A DNA stretch of 62,810 nucleotides from a virus (IMGVR_UViG_3300037722_000563:1-62810); one strand, 5' to 3'; counted from the first letter of the stretch, positions 8,063 through 18,379 are shown. Notes: generated from the letters alone by a model not told the origin. A program made the numbers and translations.

Positions 8063-9886
8063 ATGCCTCTTTTTCTTTTGACACATAGCACCAATAAGTC
8101 CGGAGATACTTTTGTCAATGGTATTGGTTCTGCTTTAGTTGAGGCGGTTAACGAGGCAGATGCTTACATTGAAGCACAAGCTCTTTCTTCTAAATTCCAC
8201 AAAAATTATTGGCTAAATGCGGATGTTTTACAAATAACGTCAGAAGAAAGTGATTTTACTGGAGCATTGATTGGCCGTGCTTCTTCAGTAGGAACTCTAT
8301 CGCAAGCTATAGGTGGGCTTGGTGTTCTTGAATCTATTATAGATTTGAATGGACCTGTTTTTGGATTTGATTATTCTGATAATTTTACCGAAGGTGGTCC
8401 TGCTGTTTTAGCAGTAGCTGCTTCAGCAACTATAACAGGACCTATGGGTCTGACACTTAGTGAAATAACTGTAGAAATAACTAACCTTCAGGATGCTGGT
8501 GAAGAGATTTTAGATGCTGATGTAGGTGCCACAGGGATCACAAAGGATTACGTAGCACCCACTCTCACATTAACTGGTCCAGCCACCCTAGCGGAGTTTC
8601 AGGAGGTCCTGCGCACCGTGACCTATGAGAACACATCCGATGCTCCGACTGTTGGTATCAGGAGCATCCAATTTGCGGGCAGCGTCACGGCAGCGGTCAG
8701 CAATATGCCAGTGGCGTCCATAACTGTGATCCCAGTGAACGACGCTCCGGTGATCGACCTGAATGGTGCGGGTGGAGGGGCTGACTTCGCCGCCGACTTT
8801 ACCGAGGGCGGTCCTGCGGTCTCCATAGTAGACGCTACCGCGACCCTTACCGATGCCGACAGCACTACCCTGACTTCGTTGACTGTTACACTAACCGGGC
8901 TTGTGGATACCGGGGAGGAAGTCCTGGATGCTAACGTAGGCGCCACCGGCATTACCAAGTCATATGTAGCTCCGACGCTCACCCTAACGGGTCCGGCGTC
9001 CGTGGCTGACTTCCAGCAGGTGCTGCGCACCGTCACCTACGAGAACACCATGACCACGCCTACCGAGGGTGACAGGACCATCAAGTTCTCCGCCACCGAC
9101 GGCACGAATGCCAGCAACATGCCACAGACCGTCGTCACGGTTATCGCACTTCCAACGGGTCCCGGGGAAGTCGTGGTAAACGCCGTGAACTTCGACGGCA
9201 CGAACGACTACCTGATCAGGGGTGGTGCACTTACAGGCGCCGCATCCGGTAAGGAGATGAGTTGTTCATTCTGGCTGAAGTCTGGGGTGGACGGCGGGGC
9301 CCAGCACACGTATCAGGGCGCCGACGACCCAGGTGCTGGTGGTAATATAAACCCGATAACCAGGCAGGTCAACAACAAGCTGAACACGACATGGGTGACG
9401 TCCGGTGGTACGGCTGTCTGGCTAGCGACCACGGACGAGGCTATACTGGTAGCCGACGGTTGGGTAAACGTGCTGGTCTCGGTCAACTCTGCGACAGGCG
9501 CACGGTCCATATACCTGAACGACATGCCTGCCACCCTCGGCTCGGACACCTTCGTGGCTGACGCACTGATTGATTGGGACACTGTCACGAACTGGGCTAT
9601 TGGTGCTCAAGCCAGCGGCTTTGCCAGCAAGTTCAATGGGGATATGGCGGAGTTCTGGCTCGACGACAACTTCATAGACTTCACGGTCGAGGCCAACCGC
9701 CGCAAGTTCATCTCGATCGGCGGCAAGCCGGTGGAGCTGGGTGCGAACGGCCAGGACCCGCTTGGCGCGGCCCCGCTAGTATACTTCTCAGGCCCAACGG
9801 TCGACTGGCACACGAACAAGGGCTCCGGCGGCGGCTTCACCGAGAACGGTGCCCTTACCGACGCAACAACCAGCCCGAGTGATTAA
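8063..9886 (+). CDS. Virion decoration/adhesin-like protein: two cadherin/Ig-like repeats plus C-terminal LamG-like domain
   Basis: Duplicated LDAxVGATGITKxYVAPTLTLTGPA...QVLRTVTYENT; VNDAPVIDLNG; FDGTNDYL...FNGDMAEFW. Confidence 0.65.
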   Translation: MPLFLLTHSTNKSGDTFVNGIGSALVEAVNEADAYIEAQALSSKFHKNYWLNADVLQITSEESDFTGALIGRASSVGTLSQAIGGLGVLESIIDLNGPVFGFDYSDNFTEGGPAVLAVAASATITGPMGLTLSEITVEITNLQDAGEEILDADVGATGITKDYVAPTLTLTGPATLAEFQEVLRTVTYENTSDAPTVGIRSIQFAGSVTAAVSNMPVASITVIPVNDAPVIDLNGAGGGADFAADFTEGGPAVSIVDATATLTDADSTTLTSLTVTLTGLVDTGEEVLDANVGATGITKSYVAPTLTLTGPASVADFQQVLRTVTYENTMTTPTEGDRTIKFSATDGTNASNMPQTVVTVIALPTGPGEVVVNAVNFDGTNDYLIRGGALTGAASGKEMSCSFWLKSGVDGGAQHTYQGADDPGAGGNINPITRQVNNKLNTTWVTSGGTAVWLATTDEAILVADGWVNVLVSVNSATGARSIYLNDMPATLGSDTFVADALIDWDTVTNWAIGAQASGFASKFNGDMAEFWLDDNFIDFTVEANRRKFISIGGKPVELGANGQDPLGAAPLVYFSGPTVDWHTNKGSGGGFTENGALTDATTSPSD

Positions 9887-9888
9887 TC

Positions 9889-10185
9889 ATGATGAAAATT
9901 AATAGAAAAAATGTTGATATATGCTGGCTTTATCTGGACGCAGTACACCCAGAATATAATAATATTTTACAGAAACTAAAGACGGTTCATCAGGCTAAAG
10001 ATCGCGTATTGAGTGTTAATATTGATAAAACAAATTCGTATTCTTTAGTTAAGTTGCTTGGTACTATGCCTGTTTTAACTTCTGAAGAGTTGTCAGCCGT
10101 GTTACGTGTATTTACCTATTTGGACCATTCTGAGGCTATTAGTATGGTTACAAATTTCAACTGGCGTGAAGAAGAAAGCGAATAA
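9889..10185 (+). CDS. Hypothetical protein
   Basis: ORF coupled to portal. Confidence 0.55.
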   Translation: MMKINRKNVDICWLYLDAVHPEYNNILQKLKTVHQAKDRVLSVNIDKTNSYSLVKLLGTMPVLTSEELSAVLRVFTYLDHSEAISMVTNFNWREEESE

Positions 10186-11723
10186 TGGCACATTTGAAGA
10201 CACGCGATAAGGACCCAAAGAATCCATCCACAACATCATTTGAATGGGATTCCATGATTGGGACATGGGCGATGATAAACACATTGCTCGGTGGTACAGC
10301 GTCTATGCGTGAAGCTGGCTCAGATTATTTGCCTCAGCATACAGAAGAGAGTGACGGAAACTATAACGAGCGTTTATATGTTAATATTCTATTTAACGCT
10401 ATGGAAATAACACTAGATCACTTTGTTGGACGGCCATTTAGCGATCCAGTACGCTTAAATAGTGATGTGCCTGAGGTTATTGCTGATCAAGCTAAAAATA
10501 TTGATCTTCAGGGCAACAATATTACCAATTTCTGTCGCGAATGGTTCCGTCAGGGTATATCGAAAGGTTTCTGCCACGTATTAGTTGATATGCCAGCTTT
10601 GTCCCAGGAAGCACGCATAGGACGTACACGTGCCGATGACTTACAAGAGGGTCGTCGTCCATTCTGGCAGTTGATACGGCCAGAAAATATGATTTTTGCG
10701 GAAGCGCAAGTCGTTGTTGATCCAAAATCTGGTGAACTACGAGAGAATTTTACCCATGTTCGGCTTCATGAAGTGGTTGTTGAGCGGGTGGGCTTTGCCC
10801 AAGTGGTTCGTGAACGTATTCGTGTGCTGGAACCTGGATTTTATGAAGTATTTGAGAAGCGTAAGGTCAGGGGCCGTAAAGAAACATGGGTTTCAATTGA
10901 GAGTGGCGAAACAGGTATAGACTTTGTTCCAATTGTAACGTATTATGCACATCGTGACGGCTTTTTGCTAACAAAACCACCATTGGAAGACCTTGCTCAT
11001 TTGAATATCCGGCATTGGCAAAGCATGAGCGACCAGATAAATATTTTGACAGTTGTGCGCTTCCCTATGCTTGCGGTAGCCGGTGCTACTGACCAATCTG
11101 GACAGACCATGCGCATTGGGCCACGCCAGTTACTTGCTACAAAAGACCCTAATGGGCGGTTCTACTACATAGAGCATCAAGGTAAAGCCATTGATAGTGG
11201 ATGGAAGGAACTGGAGAAGTTAGAGCAAAGTATGGAATCGTACGGCGCTGCCTTCTTACGTAAAGAGCCCGGCAATACCACTGCAACCGGTCGAGCCCTG
11301 GATAGCGCCGAAAGTGTAACATCACTTCAGGATATGACAGTACGTTTTATAGATACAGTGAATAACGCTTTAGATATTCATGCGTATTGGTTGGGACAGA
11401 AAGACGGCGGTACTGTGACCATAACTACTGACTTTGGCCCTGAGGAAGTTACGAAAGAAGATGCTGGTATCCTAAGGGAATTGAGAAAAGGTCGCGATAT
11501 CAGCCGAATTGCCTTTATTAAGGAGGCTCAGCGGCGTGGAGTTGTATCTGAAGAATATGATGCAGAAGCTGATTTCTTGCTTATGCAGGAAGAGGATAAG
11601 GTTCTTAAACCGCTTCAACCTCAAATTCCGGGTACTTTTGATCCTACGTTAGGTCCGCAGTCCAATGCTCCTGTGAAAGATAGGGCTGTGACGGAACCGA
11701 AACCTAGAGCGGAGGATGACTAG
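10185..11723 (+). CDS. Portal protein (DUF4055-type)
   Basis: LLGGTASMREAG..YLP, PPLEDLAHLNIRHWQS; 512 aa after TerL. Confidence 0.85.
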   Translation: MAHLKTRDKDPKNPSTTSFEWDSMIGTWAMINTLLGGTASMREAGSDYLPQHTEESDGNYNERLYVNILFNAMEITLDHFVGRPFSDPVRLNSDVPEVIADQAKNIDLQGNNITNFCREWFRQGISKGFCHVLVDMPALSQEARIGRTRADDLQEGRRPFWQLIRPENMIFAEAQVVVDPKSGELRENFTHVRLHEVVVERVGFAQVVRERIRVLEPGFYEVFEKRKVRGRKETWVSIESGETGIDFVPIVTYYAHRDGFLLTKPPLEDLAHLNIRHWQSMSDQINILTVVRFPMLAVAGATDQSGQTMRIGPRQLLATKDPNGRFYYIEHQGKAIDSGWKELEKLEQSMESYGAAFLRKEPGNTTATGRALDSAESVTSLQDMTVRFIDTVNNALDIHAYWLGQKDGGTVTITTDFGPEEVTKEDAGILRELRKGRDISRIAFIKEAQRRGVVSEEYDAEADFLLMQEEDKVLKPLQPQIPGTFDPTLGPQSNAPVKDRAVTEPKPRAEDD

Positions 11724-11942
11724 ATGGATATATTCTCATTGTTAATGGGTGCAAAGGTTGTGGATTTAGATGGTGCCGAGTATAATGAAGTTGTAGAGTT
11801 TTATTACACAAATGGACGGCTTACCCTTGTTCTTGGGGTTGACTACGAAGAAGATGATGACGACCCAGACAAGGAGAAAATTTCACCGCCAACAATAAAC
11901 GAAAATATAATGGCGCTTTCACGTAGTAAGAAGGTAAAATAG
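11724..11942 (+). CDS. Small acidic hypothetical protein
   Basis: GGAGG RBS; abuts neighbours. Confidence 0.55.
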   Translation: MDIFSLLMGAKVVDLDGAEYNEVVEFYYTNGRLTLVLGVDYEEDDDDPDKEKISPPTINENIMALSRSKKVK

Positions 11943-12469
11943 TGGCACGAGGTATCACACGTACTGAGTTATCTAAAAAGAAGCGTAGATTGTTTCTTGA
12001 TATCTTATCTAAAACTGGGCAGGTTACTGAAGCTGCGCGGGCAGTTGGTTATACATCCACACAATACCTTCACTTGTTACGCCGTAATGACGAGGAATTT
12101 GCCGAACAATGGGCTCTTGCTGTCGAGGGAGCTAAAGATGTACTTGAAGCGGAGGCTGTTCGTCGCGCACATGAGGGTGTTTTGGAACCGGATTATTACA
12201 AAGGATCGGTAGTTGGGTATACGCCAAAATACAGTGATACTTTATTGATGTTTGTACTAAAGAAGCTTGATCCAGCTTATCGTGATACGGGACGCAGTGG
12301 CGACGTTAATGTAAATTTCGGTGTGGCGATCATGCCGATGCAAGCCAAAGATGATAATGCTTGGGAAGCCCGTGCGATTGAGATGCACAGCAACCAGAAA
12401 ATTATTACTTTGGAAGAAAAGCCCAAAGAAAATCATATGATTCGGGCAAGTATTACTAGAGGTGATTAA
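11942..12469 (+). CDS. terS: Terminase small subunit
   Basis: N-terminal HTH and LEAEAVRRAHEGV..KYSDTLLMFVLK motif typical of TerS. Confidence 0.75.
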   Translation: MARGITRTELSKKKRRLFLDILSKTGQVTEAARAVGYTSTQYLHLLRRNDEEFAEQWALAVEGAKDVLEAEAVRRAHEGVLEPDYYKGSVVGYTPKYSDTLLMFVLKKLDPAYRDTGRSGDVNVNFGVAIMPMQAKDDNAWEARAIEMHSNQKIITLEEKPKENHMIRASITRGD

Positions 12470-12692
12470 GATGACTAGTGTTTTGAAAGGATGCCGTTAT
12501 GTGCCTGGGTGGGAAAGAACATTTTTACAGGCGCTAGAGAACGGTTACAGCGAAAGAACAGCGGCAAGTGCTGCTGGCATAGGTACTGGTAATATAAAAG
12601 ATCGGTGTGATAAAGACCCGGTATTCAAAGAACGATACGAGTTTGCTCTTGCTAACAAAAGACCAAGGCCAATCGGGGGTGGACTTTTTTAG
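12462..12692 (+). CDS. Small HTH protein (TerS-HTH-like)
   Basis: FLQALENGYSERTAASAAGIG...DPVFKERY. Confidence 0.55.
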   Translation: MIKMTSVLKGCRYVPGWERTFLQALENGYSERTAASAAGIGTGNIKDRCDKDPVFKERYEFALANKRPRPIGGGLF

Positions 12693-12707
12693 ACAAGGAA
12701 TAAAAAT

Positions 12708-12926
12708 GTGGATGCTGTAGGTTTGATCAAAGTCTTAATGTTGGTGGGACTTTTTACCCATGGACATATAGTAGGCAAACGATCATATGTGGTTACTATA
12801 CTACAATGTCGCATGGTTCAACAAAATGCTGAAGATTATAACAACAGATTTCAGCTTTTTTGGGCTAAAGACAATAAGGATTTGAAGGTATTGTGCCTTG
12901 AATATCCCGGTAACCAAGAAGCATAG
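12708..12926 (+). CDS. Small hypothetical protein with hydrophobic N-terminus and two Cys
   Basis: AAGGA RBS; signal-like N-terminus. Confidence 0.45.
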   Translation: MDAVGLIKVLMLVGLFTHGHIVGKRSYVVTILQCRMVQQNAEDYNNRFQLFWAKDNKDLKVLCLEYPGNQEA

Positions 12927-12932
12927 GAGTCT

Positions 12933-13484
12933 ATGACGATGCTCAAGAATCTTCTTATATACCGATTTAGTTTATTCAACGGAGCCGCTGGTGCTTTGTT
13001 AGGGTATCTATCTTTCAAAGGATATGTAGTTGCGGCTTTTGCCGCTGATCCAACGGGAATTACAGCACTGATATGCTTATTGTTTGCTATGCTCTTAGGT
13101 TCCACCACGTATCGTGTGTGGAAAACTGCTAAAGCACTAAATGTAGTAAAAACTGGTAAATGTATTGATCCTAGTAAGCATAGTAAGCGTCTAGCAAAGA
13201 TAGCACATATAAACGATGGTGCTGCTTGGCTAGCATACCTTGGACTTATTGGTACAGTGGTTGGATTTATCATATCTCTAAGCGGTGTCGATATCGGTGC
13301 TCTATCCACGGCTCAAGGTGTACAGGCCATGATCCCTTCGCTAATGAATGGTATGAAGATAGCGCTTTACACTACTTTGTCAGGGTCTTTCTTCGGTATC
13401 TGGACAGAATTCAATTATAGGATGCTACATACCGCAACTCACTGCTTAGTGGAGGACGAAAAGATGGTGATTTGCAATGAATAG
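12933..13484 (+). CDS. MotA/TolQ/ExbB proton-channel family membrane protein
   Basis: LGLIGTVVGFI and GMKIALYTTLSG signature helices. Confidence 0.85.
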   Translation: MTMLKNLLIYRFSLFNGAAGALLGYLSFKGYVVAAFAADPTGITALICLLFAMLLGSTTYRVWKTAKALNVVKTGKCIDPSKHSKRLAKIAHINDGAAWLAYLGLIGTVVGFIISLSGVDIGALSTAQGVQAMIPSLMNGMKIALYTTLSGSFFGIWTEFNYRMLHTATHCLVEDEKMVICNE

Positions 13485-14064
13485 AACGACTTTTAGAGAT
13501 TTACTTATGATTATGCTGCTCGGTTTTGTGTTCATGATCATTGCCATGATCCCTCATCTAAATCCACCAGCAACTGATGATAAGGCGGTACCACCGGGTA
13601 ATGTGATTGCCGCTATTGAATGGCCCCCCGGAGATACGGATGTCGATCTGTGGGTCATGGGACCGGGCGAGGTACACCCCGTTGGATACTCTAATAAGGG
13701 TGGCCTTCTATGGAACCTTTTACGAGATGATCTAGGATCGAGCCCAGATGCGACAGATTCCAACTATGAGAATTCGTATACACGTGGTATCACGCCGGGT
13801 GAATATATAATCAATGTTCATTGCTATCGTTGCCCAATTCTCCCTGTACCAGTTAATGTGGAGATAAGTATAAATAGCGGTGATAATAGTAAGGGGTCTA
13901 TTAAGGTCATAGCTACTACTCGCGTTGTTCTTCATCAGAATAAAGAAGAAGCTACCGCTATACGATTTAAGCTTACGAAAAAGGGTGAGTTAGTATCGGG
14001 TACTGTAAATCATGTATTTAGACAGTTAAGAGCAGCAAACAAAAATATGGATAGCCACCCATGA
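13477..14064 (+). CDS. MotB/ExbD-like partner: N-terminal TM helix with Asp, periplasmic YfaP/DUF2135-like domain
   Basis: TFRDLLMIMLLGFVFMII; WPPGDTDVDLWV..P...LLRDD..NYEN...GEYIINVH. Confidence 0.65.
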   Translation: MNRTTFRDLLMIMLLGFVFMIIAMIPHLNPPATDDKAVPPGNVIAAIEWPPGDTDVDLWVMGPGEVHPVGYSNKGGLLWNLLRDDLGSSPDATDSNYENSYTRGITPGEYIINVHCYRCPILPVPVNVEISINSGDNSKGSIKVIATTRVVLHQNKEEATAIRFKLTKKGELVSGTVNHVFRQLRAANKNMDSHP

Positions 14065-14561
14065 TATTTGAATCATTAGCTCTGATAGGTGTGGTCGGTG
14101 TAGCCCTTTTAGCCACTGCCACAATTTGGTCCCGTAAGAACACCTGGATACGTGGTGCGGCAGTTGCAGCATTTTTTGCTTTGACACCCATTATAGGGGG
14201 TGCATCCATATTTGCGTTGAGTCATCCGGCTCCATATATACCTGGAATTCTTACACCAGGAGGAGAGCACTCAGTATTGGAAGTCAAACTGGTTCAAGAT
14301 GAAGCTATATACATTTTACTGGATTTTGGTATAAGCCATCCAAGATACTTTGCACTTCCTTGGAATAATCTTTTGGCCAATGAGTTGCAGGACCTTATGG
14401 ATCAGCAGAGAAGAGGAGATATTCCGGGATTTGATATGGTTATTCCATATGAATTTTCGTGGGATGGGCACCCTCCGCAATTTCACCCAAAACCCCAGCC
14501 AATTGTACCGATCCCTAAGCGTCGGAACGATAATCCCCTACGTTATGAGAGGGGTGCCTAA
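14061..14561 (+). CDS. Two-TM membrane protein, third gene of the MotA-like module
   Basis: Two hydrophobic helices; ATGA overlap. Confidence 0.6.
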   Translation: MIFESLALIGVVGVALLATATIWSRKNTWIRGAAVAAFFALTPIIGGASIFALSHPAPYIPGILTPGGEHSVLEVKLVQDEAIYILLDFGISHPRYFALPWNNLLANELQDLMDQQRRGDIPGFDMVIPYEFSWDGHPPQFHPKPQPIVPIPKRRNDNPLRYERGA

Positions 14562-14666
14562 GCCAAACTTGACAAGCAAGGCAAGTATGGTACTTTTATA
14601 ACCGTGTACGGCGTGAGGCTGTACTATAGATATGGCGAGATGCCGTAATACAAAGGAGTAGAAACG

Positions 14667-15503
14667 ATGGATTTTGATTTCGAAAAGAACTCAACAGTGG
14701 ATAGCCTTGATGTGGTACCAGAGAAATACCGTGAGCTATTTACTGAAGGCGATGAGGGTAAGTTTGTTGTAGCAGGTCATGCCAAAGGTATTGTGGCAGA
14801 CTACATTGGCACAGCAAAAGCTTTAGCCGGTGCTCGCCAGGAGAAGAAAAAGGCTAGTGATGAGAGTGCATCGCGTAGACTTAACCTGAAAGCTGTAGAA
14901 GATTTTGCTACGTCACTGGGTTTGGAGGTAGGTGAGGCCGGTGTTACATTGGCACTTGAGTCTTTTGTTAAAGACCTTCAGGATCAGGTTAAGGGTGGTA
15001 AACAGATCAAGATAGACCTGGACAAGATTAAGGCTGAGTTCGATAAACGCTTGAGTGAGACTGTTGCTACCAAGGATAAACAGATTGGGGAACGTGATTC
15101 AGCCTTGGCAAAGCACCTTATCTCTAACGTAGCTACCGGTGCATTGGCAAAGCATAAAGGGTCTGTAGACTTGCTTCTTCCACATGTACAATCTCAGGCT
15201 GAAGTTGTTCGAGATGATGAGGGGACTTATAGCGTTCGCGTAAAGGATGCAGATGGTTCTCATCGTATGAACGGCTCCGGTGGTTGGATGGGTGTTGATG
15301 AGCTAGTTGCGGAGATGAAGACAAAAGAGGCATTTGCCCGCGCATTTGAGAGTGAAGTGGCAGGTGGTACGGGTTCCAGACCGGGTTCAATGCGTAGAGA
15401 AGCCCCTAGACAAGCAAATCGCGAACTTTCAGCAATAGAGAAAATTAGCGCTGGTCTAAAGAAGGGTCAACACCAGTCAGGGCGGGGGTCAGCGGCTCGC
15501 TAA
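14667..15503 (+). CDS. Capsid scaffolding protein
   Basis: Coiled-coil protein directly before MCP; GGTGS and EKISAGL C-terminus; AAGGAG RBS. Confidence 0.75.
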   Translation: MDFDFEKNSTVDSLDVVPEKYRELFTEGDEGKFVVAGHAKGIVADYIGTAKALAGARQEKKKASDESASRRLNLKAVEDFATSLGLEVGEAGVTLALESFVKDLQDQVKGGKQIKIDLDKIKAEFDKRLSETVATKDKQIGERDSALAKHLISNVATGALAKHKGSVDLLLPHVQSQAEVVRDDEGTYSVRVKDADGSHRMNGSGGWMGVDELVAEMKTKEAFARAFESEVAGGTGSRPGSMRREAPRQANRELSAIEKISAGLKKGQHQSGRGSAAR

Positions 15504-15685
15504 GAGCCACTCTATTGCCCAAACTTGACAAAGTGCATTTTCTTGTAGAGAATGCTTAATGAGATTTCGGCGTGACCCATTTTAGGTGAGATACCTATAC
15601 GGAAATCACGAGGTACAGGTGACGAGAGGTTACCCCTCATGCCGGTTAACAATGTTCAACACGGACATAATAGGAGGATGTATCC

Positions 15686-16660
15686 ATGAGTTCCGTAACC
15701 CTGGCCGAAAGTGCCAAACTCGCACAGGACGAGTTGGTTGCTGGTGTGATCGAGTCGATTGTCACTGTCAACCGTATGTTTGAGATTCTTCCGTTCGATG
15801 GTATCGACGGCAACGCTCTTAAGTACAATCGTGAGTCTGCCCTTGGCCCAGTAGCAACTGTTGGTGTCGGTGACACTGATGGTGTGATTGGTTCAAGTGC
15901 TGCTGCTGGTTCCAACCTAGCGGAACGTCAGGCAGCTAAGAATGCAGCGACATTCACCGAAGTAACAGCATCTCTGACCACAATCATGGGTGACGCTGAG
16001 GTGAACGGCCTTATACAGGCAACCCGTTCTTCGGACGGTAACGACCAGACCGAGGTGCAGATTGCATCCAAGGCGAAGTCTGCTGGCCGTAAGTATCAGG
16101 ACATGTTGATCAATGGTGATGGTACCAATGAGACCTTCCCAGGTCTTCTTGCGCTTGTTCCAGGCAGTCAGACTGTAGCTGCTGTGGGTGCTGGCGGTGA
16201 TCCACTATCCTTCGAGGTAATGGATGCTGTTATGGACCTTGTTATCGACAAGGACGGTCAGGTAGACTATCTAGCCATGAATCAGCGGACTATTCGTTCT
16301 TGGAAGTCCCTGCTCCGTGGTCTAGGCGGTGCCTCTATCAACGAGGTTATCGAACTGCCATCCGGCGCAATGGTTCCTGCGTACAGTGGCGTTCCAATGT
16401 TCCGTAATGACTATATTCCAACCAACCAGACAACTGGTGGTAACAACACAACTACAACCTTCTTCGCAGGTACGCTTGACGAGGGTGGACGCCAGCACGG
16501 TATTGCTGGATTGACAGCATCTCAGGCTGCTGGTTTAAGTGTGGTTGATGTGGGTGAGTCCGAGACGAAGGACGAGCGCATCTGGCGTGTGAAGTGGTAC
16601 AGCGGTCTGGCATTGTTCTCTGAACTTGGTCTGGCAGCAGCCTCCGGAATCACCAACTAA
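15686..16660 (+). CDS. Major capsid protein (HK97 fold)
   Basis: TLAESAKL, INGDG..FPGL, RVKWYSGLALFS; strong RBS; followed by terminator. Confidence 0.9.
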   Translation: MSSVTLAESAKLAQDELVAGVIESIVTVNRMFEILPFDGIDGNALKYNRESALGPVATVGVGDTDGVIGSSAAAGSNLAERQAAKNAATFTEVTASLTTIMGDAEVNGLIQATRSSDGNDQTEVQIASKAKSAGRKYQDMLINGDGTNETFPGLLALVPGSQTVAAVGAGGDPLSFEVMDAVMDLVIDKDGQVDYLAMNQRTIRSWKSLLRGLGGASINEVIELPSGAMVPAYSGVPMFRNDYIPTNQTTGGNNTTTTFFAGTLDEGGRQHGIAGLTASQAAGLSVVDVGESETKDERIWRVKWYSGLALFSELGLAAASGITN

Positions 16661-16673
16661 GTATGGGTTATAG

Positions 16674-16699
16674 ATGGGGCTAGTTTAGGCTAGCCCCAC
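16674..16699 (+). terminator. Stem-loop after MCP
   Basis: TGGGGCTAG-tttagg-CTAGCCCCA. Confidence 0.55.
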
Positions 16700-16734
16700 T
16701 ACCCACTCGGTTAACTTTTTAGGAGGATTGTAAC

Positions 16735-17601
16735 ATGCCTGCATATCTAGTAGAACTACCGGAACATCGCCGGGTTAATGATGCCAATGCATTAGTGATA
16801 TTCGCTGCTAATGAGGCGGGTGCTCGTTCTGCTGCGGCTGGTCGCTTCGATGGTGATGCTGCTGCTCTTTGGAACACTGTTGCTACAGTAACTGAAGTTG
16901 TGGCTGGCACCACGTTAGCTCATGCTGGTCATGACAATTGGTCTGCGTATGCCAGAATTTCTGGTGCCGCTGCTCAAGTTCAAGACCCAATTGTAGTAAC
17001 AGCAGATGGTAAGAGCCGCAATCAAGCCGCAGGTCGGCTTGGTGCAGTTCGTAAACACTTGAATGGAGCCCTAAATGACGGTGGCACGGCTACTTACATT
17101 GTGGACGAAATTCTTACTGCCGCTGGAGGTACATTTACTCGTGCGGCTACCTTCCGAGTTACTACAGTAAATACTGGTGTCATTACGGGCTTAGAGTTAG
17201 TGGACCCTGGTGAGTACAGCGTTCTACCTGCTACAATGACCGCTAATCCGGTAACTGGTGGCAGTGGAACAGACGCCTTGGTTGATTTGTCTGAGTTTGC
17301 AGAAAATAGCTACGAAGCTATCCTGGCACAAGTACTTACAGGTCTTTTGGCCCAGGGTGAACTGGCAGGAGCAGAACTTGATTTATCTGAAGCTGCTTCT
17401 GGGGCTCGACTACTTACTGTGGCGGCTATTGGTGATGGTGTCGGTGATGCCACTCTGGAATTTGAGATTCGACAGAATGGTACCGCTTTTGCTCCTCTTG
17501 TAAGCACGATTGTAGATGAGGGTATCGCGGGAGCCGTATTGACGGTTGCTATTCCAGCATCTCCGATTGCTCCTCCAAGAACTGTAGCGCTCAAGTCGTA
17601 A
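16735..17601 (+). CDS. Head decoration/structural protein
   Basis: Ala/Gly/Thr-rich, follows MCP, AGGAGG RBS. Confidence 0.6.
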   Translation: MPAYLVELPEHRRVNDANALVIFAANEAGARSAAAGRFDGDAAALWNTVATVTEVVAGTTLAHAGHDNWSAYARISGAAAQVQDPIVVTADGKSRNQAAGRLGAVRKHLNGALNDGGTATYIVDEILTAAGGTFTRAATFRVTTVNTGVITGLELVDPGEYSVLPATMTANPVTGGSGTDALVDLSEFAENSYEAILAQVLTGLLAQGELAGAELDLSEAASGARLLTVAAIGDGVGDATLEFEIRQNGTAFAPLVSTIVDEGIAGAVLTVAIPASPIAPPRTVALKS

Positions 17602-17646
17602 ATTTGGTAGGGGGCCATAAGAGCCCCCACCATTCTTTTCTAGGAT

Positions 17647-18303
17647 ATGATGATGTCTCAAGTAATGCAATACGAGTTTAGGTTGTTTGGTGGCCGAGCT
17701 AATAAAACACTAGTAATCAATGGACACAAATTTGTCCAAGGAATTTGCCGTAAGGTGGTAGCACCAATACAAGCGGCTACCCTAATTAAGGTTTTAGGTT
17801 ACTATGGCGCATATGCCAAGGGAACGCCACAATACGATAAAGCACTGGAGGCGGAAAATGGCGGAAGTAAGGTTCGCAAGGATGCCGAACGTAGGGCGGC
17901 AGAAACTGTACAAGGTGACAGAGGACCGGTTGGGTCCGAGCTTACCGGTTTATCCGCAGACGATAGGGTCGGAACAGTTGAAAATTCGTCCGTTGGCGCC
18001 GGGAGTGGCGCCCTTGGGGGTGGACTCCAGGACACCGGGATCATTAAGTTCGAGGAATCGGCTAATATCCCGAAGCCGTCTGAGCCGCAATCCGTAGCAA
18101 GTGACGATGTTAAAAGAGCTATTCTGAAGCTAGACCCAGAAAATGATGGTCACTGGGTTAACACTGGAGCGTATAAGGGTAAGCCTAAATTAGCTGCGGT
18201 TGAAGAGGCTTTCGGTCGGGCTGGACTGACTCGTAAAGATTTGGAGGCAGCCCTCCCAAATTGGTCACGGGATAACGCTCTGGAGACCGCACTAGAGGGT
18301 TAG
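17647..18303 (+). CDS. Hypothetical morphogenesis-region protein
   Basis: C-terminal LDPENDGHW..GKPKL..LTRKD motif. Confidence 0.55.
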   Translation: MMMSQVMQYEFRLFGGRANKTLVINGHKFVQGICRKVVAPIQAATLIKVLGYYGAYAKGTPQYDKALEAENGGSKVRKDAERRAAETVQGDRGPVGSELTGLSADDRVGTVENSSVGAGSGALGGGLQDTGIIKFEESANIPKPSEPQSVASDDVKRAILKLDPENDGHWVNTGAYKGKPKLAAVEEAFGRAGLTRKDLEAALPNWSRDNALETALEG

Positions 18304-18379
18304 TCACCAACTTGCACTAACATGGGTTGTCATGTACACTGGTGACATAATACGATATTCAACAAAGGAGTTATGAGTA

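Noticed and set aside
8063-9886. Diversity-generating retroelement repeat pair
   Set aside because: The duplication is an in-frame domain repeat with no evident adenine-specific pattern, and no reverse transcriptase is present.
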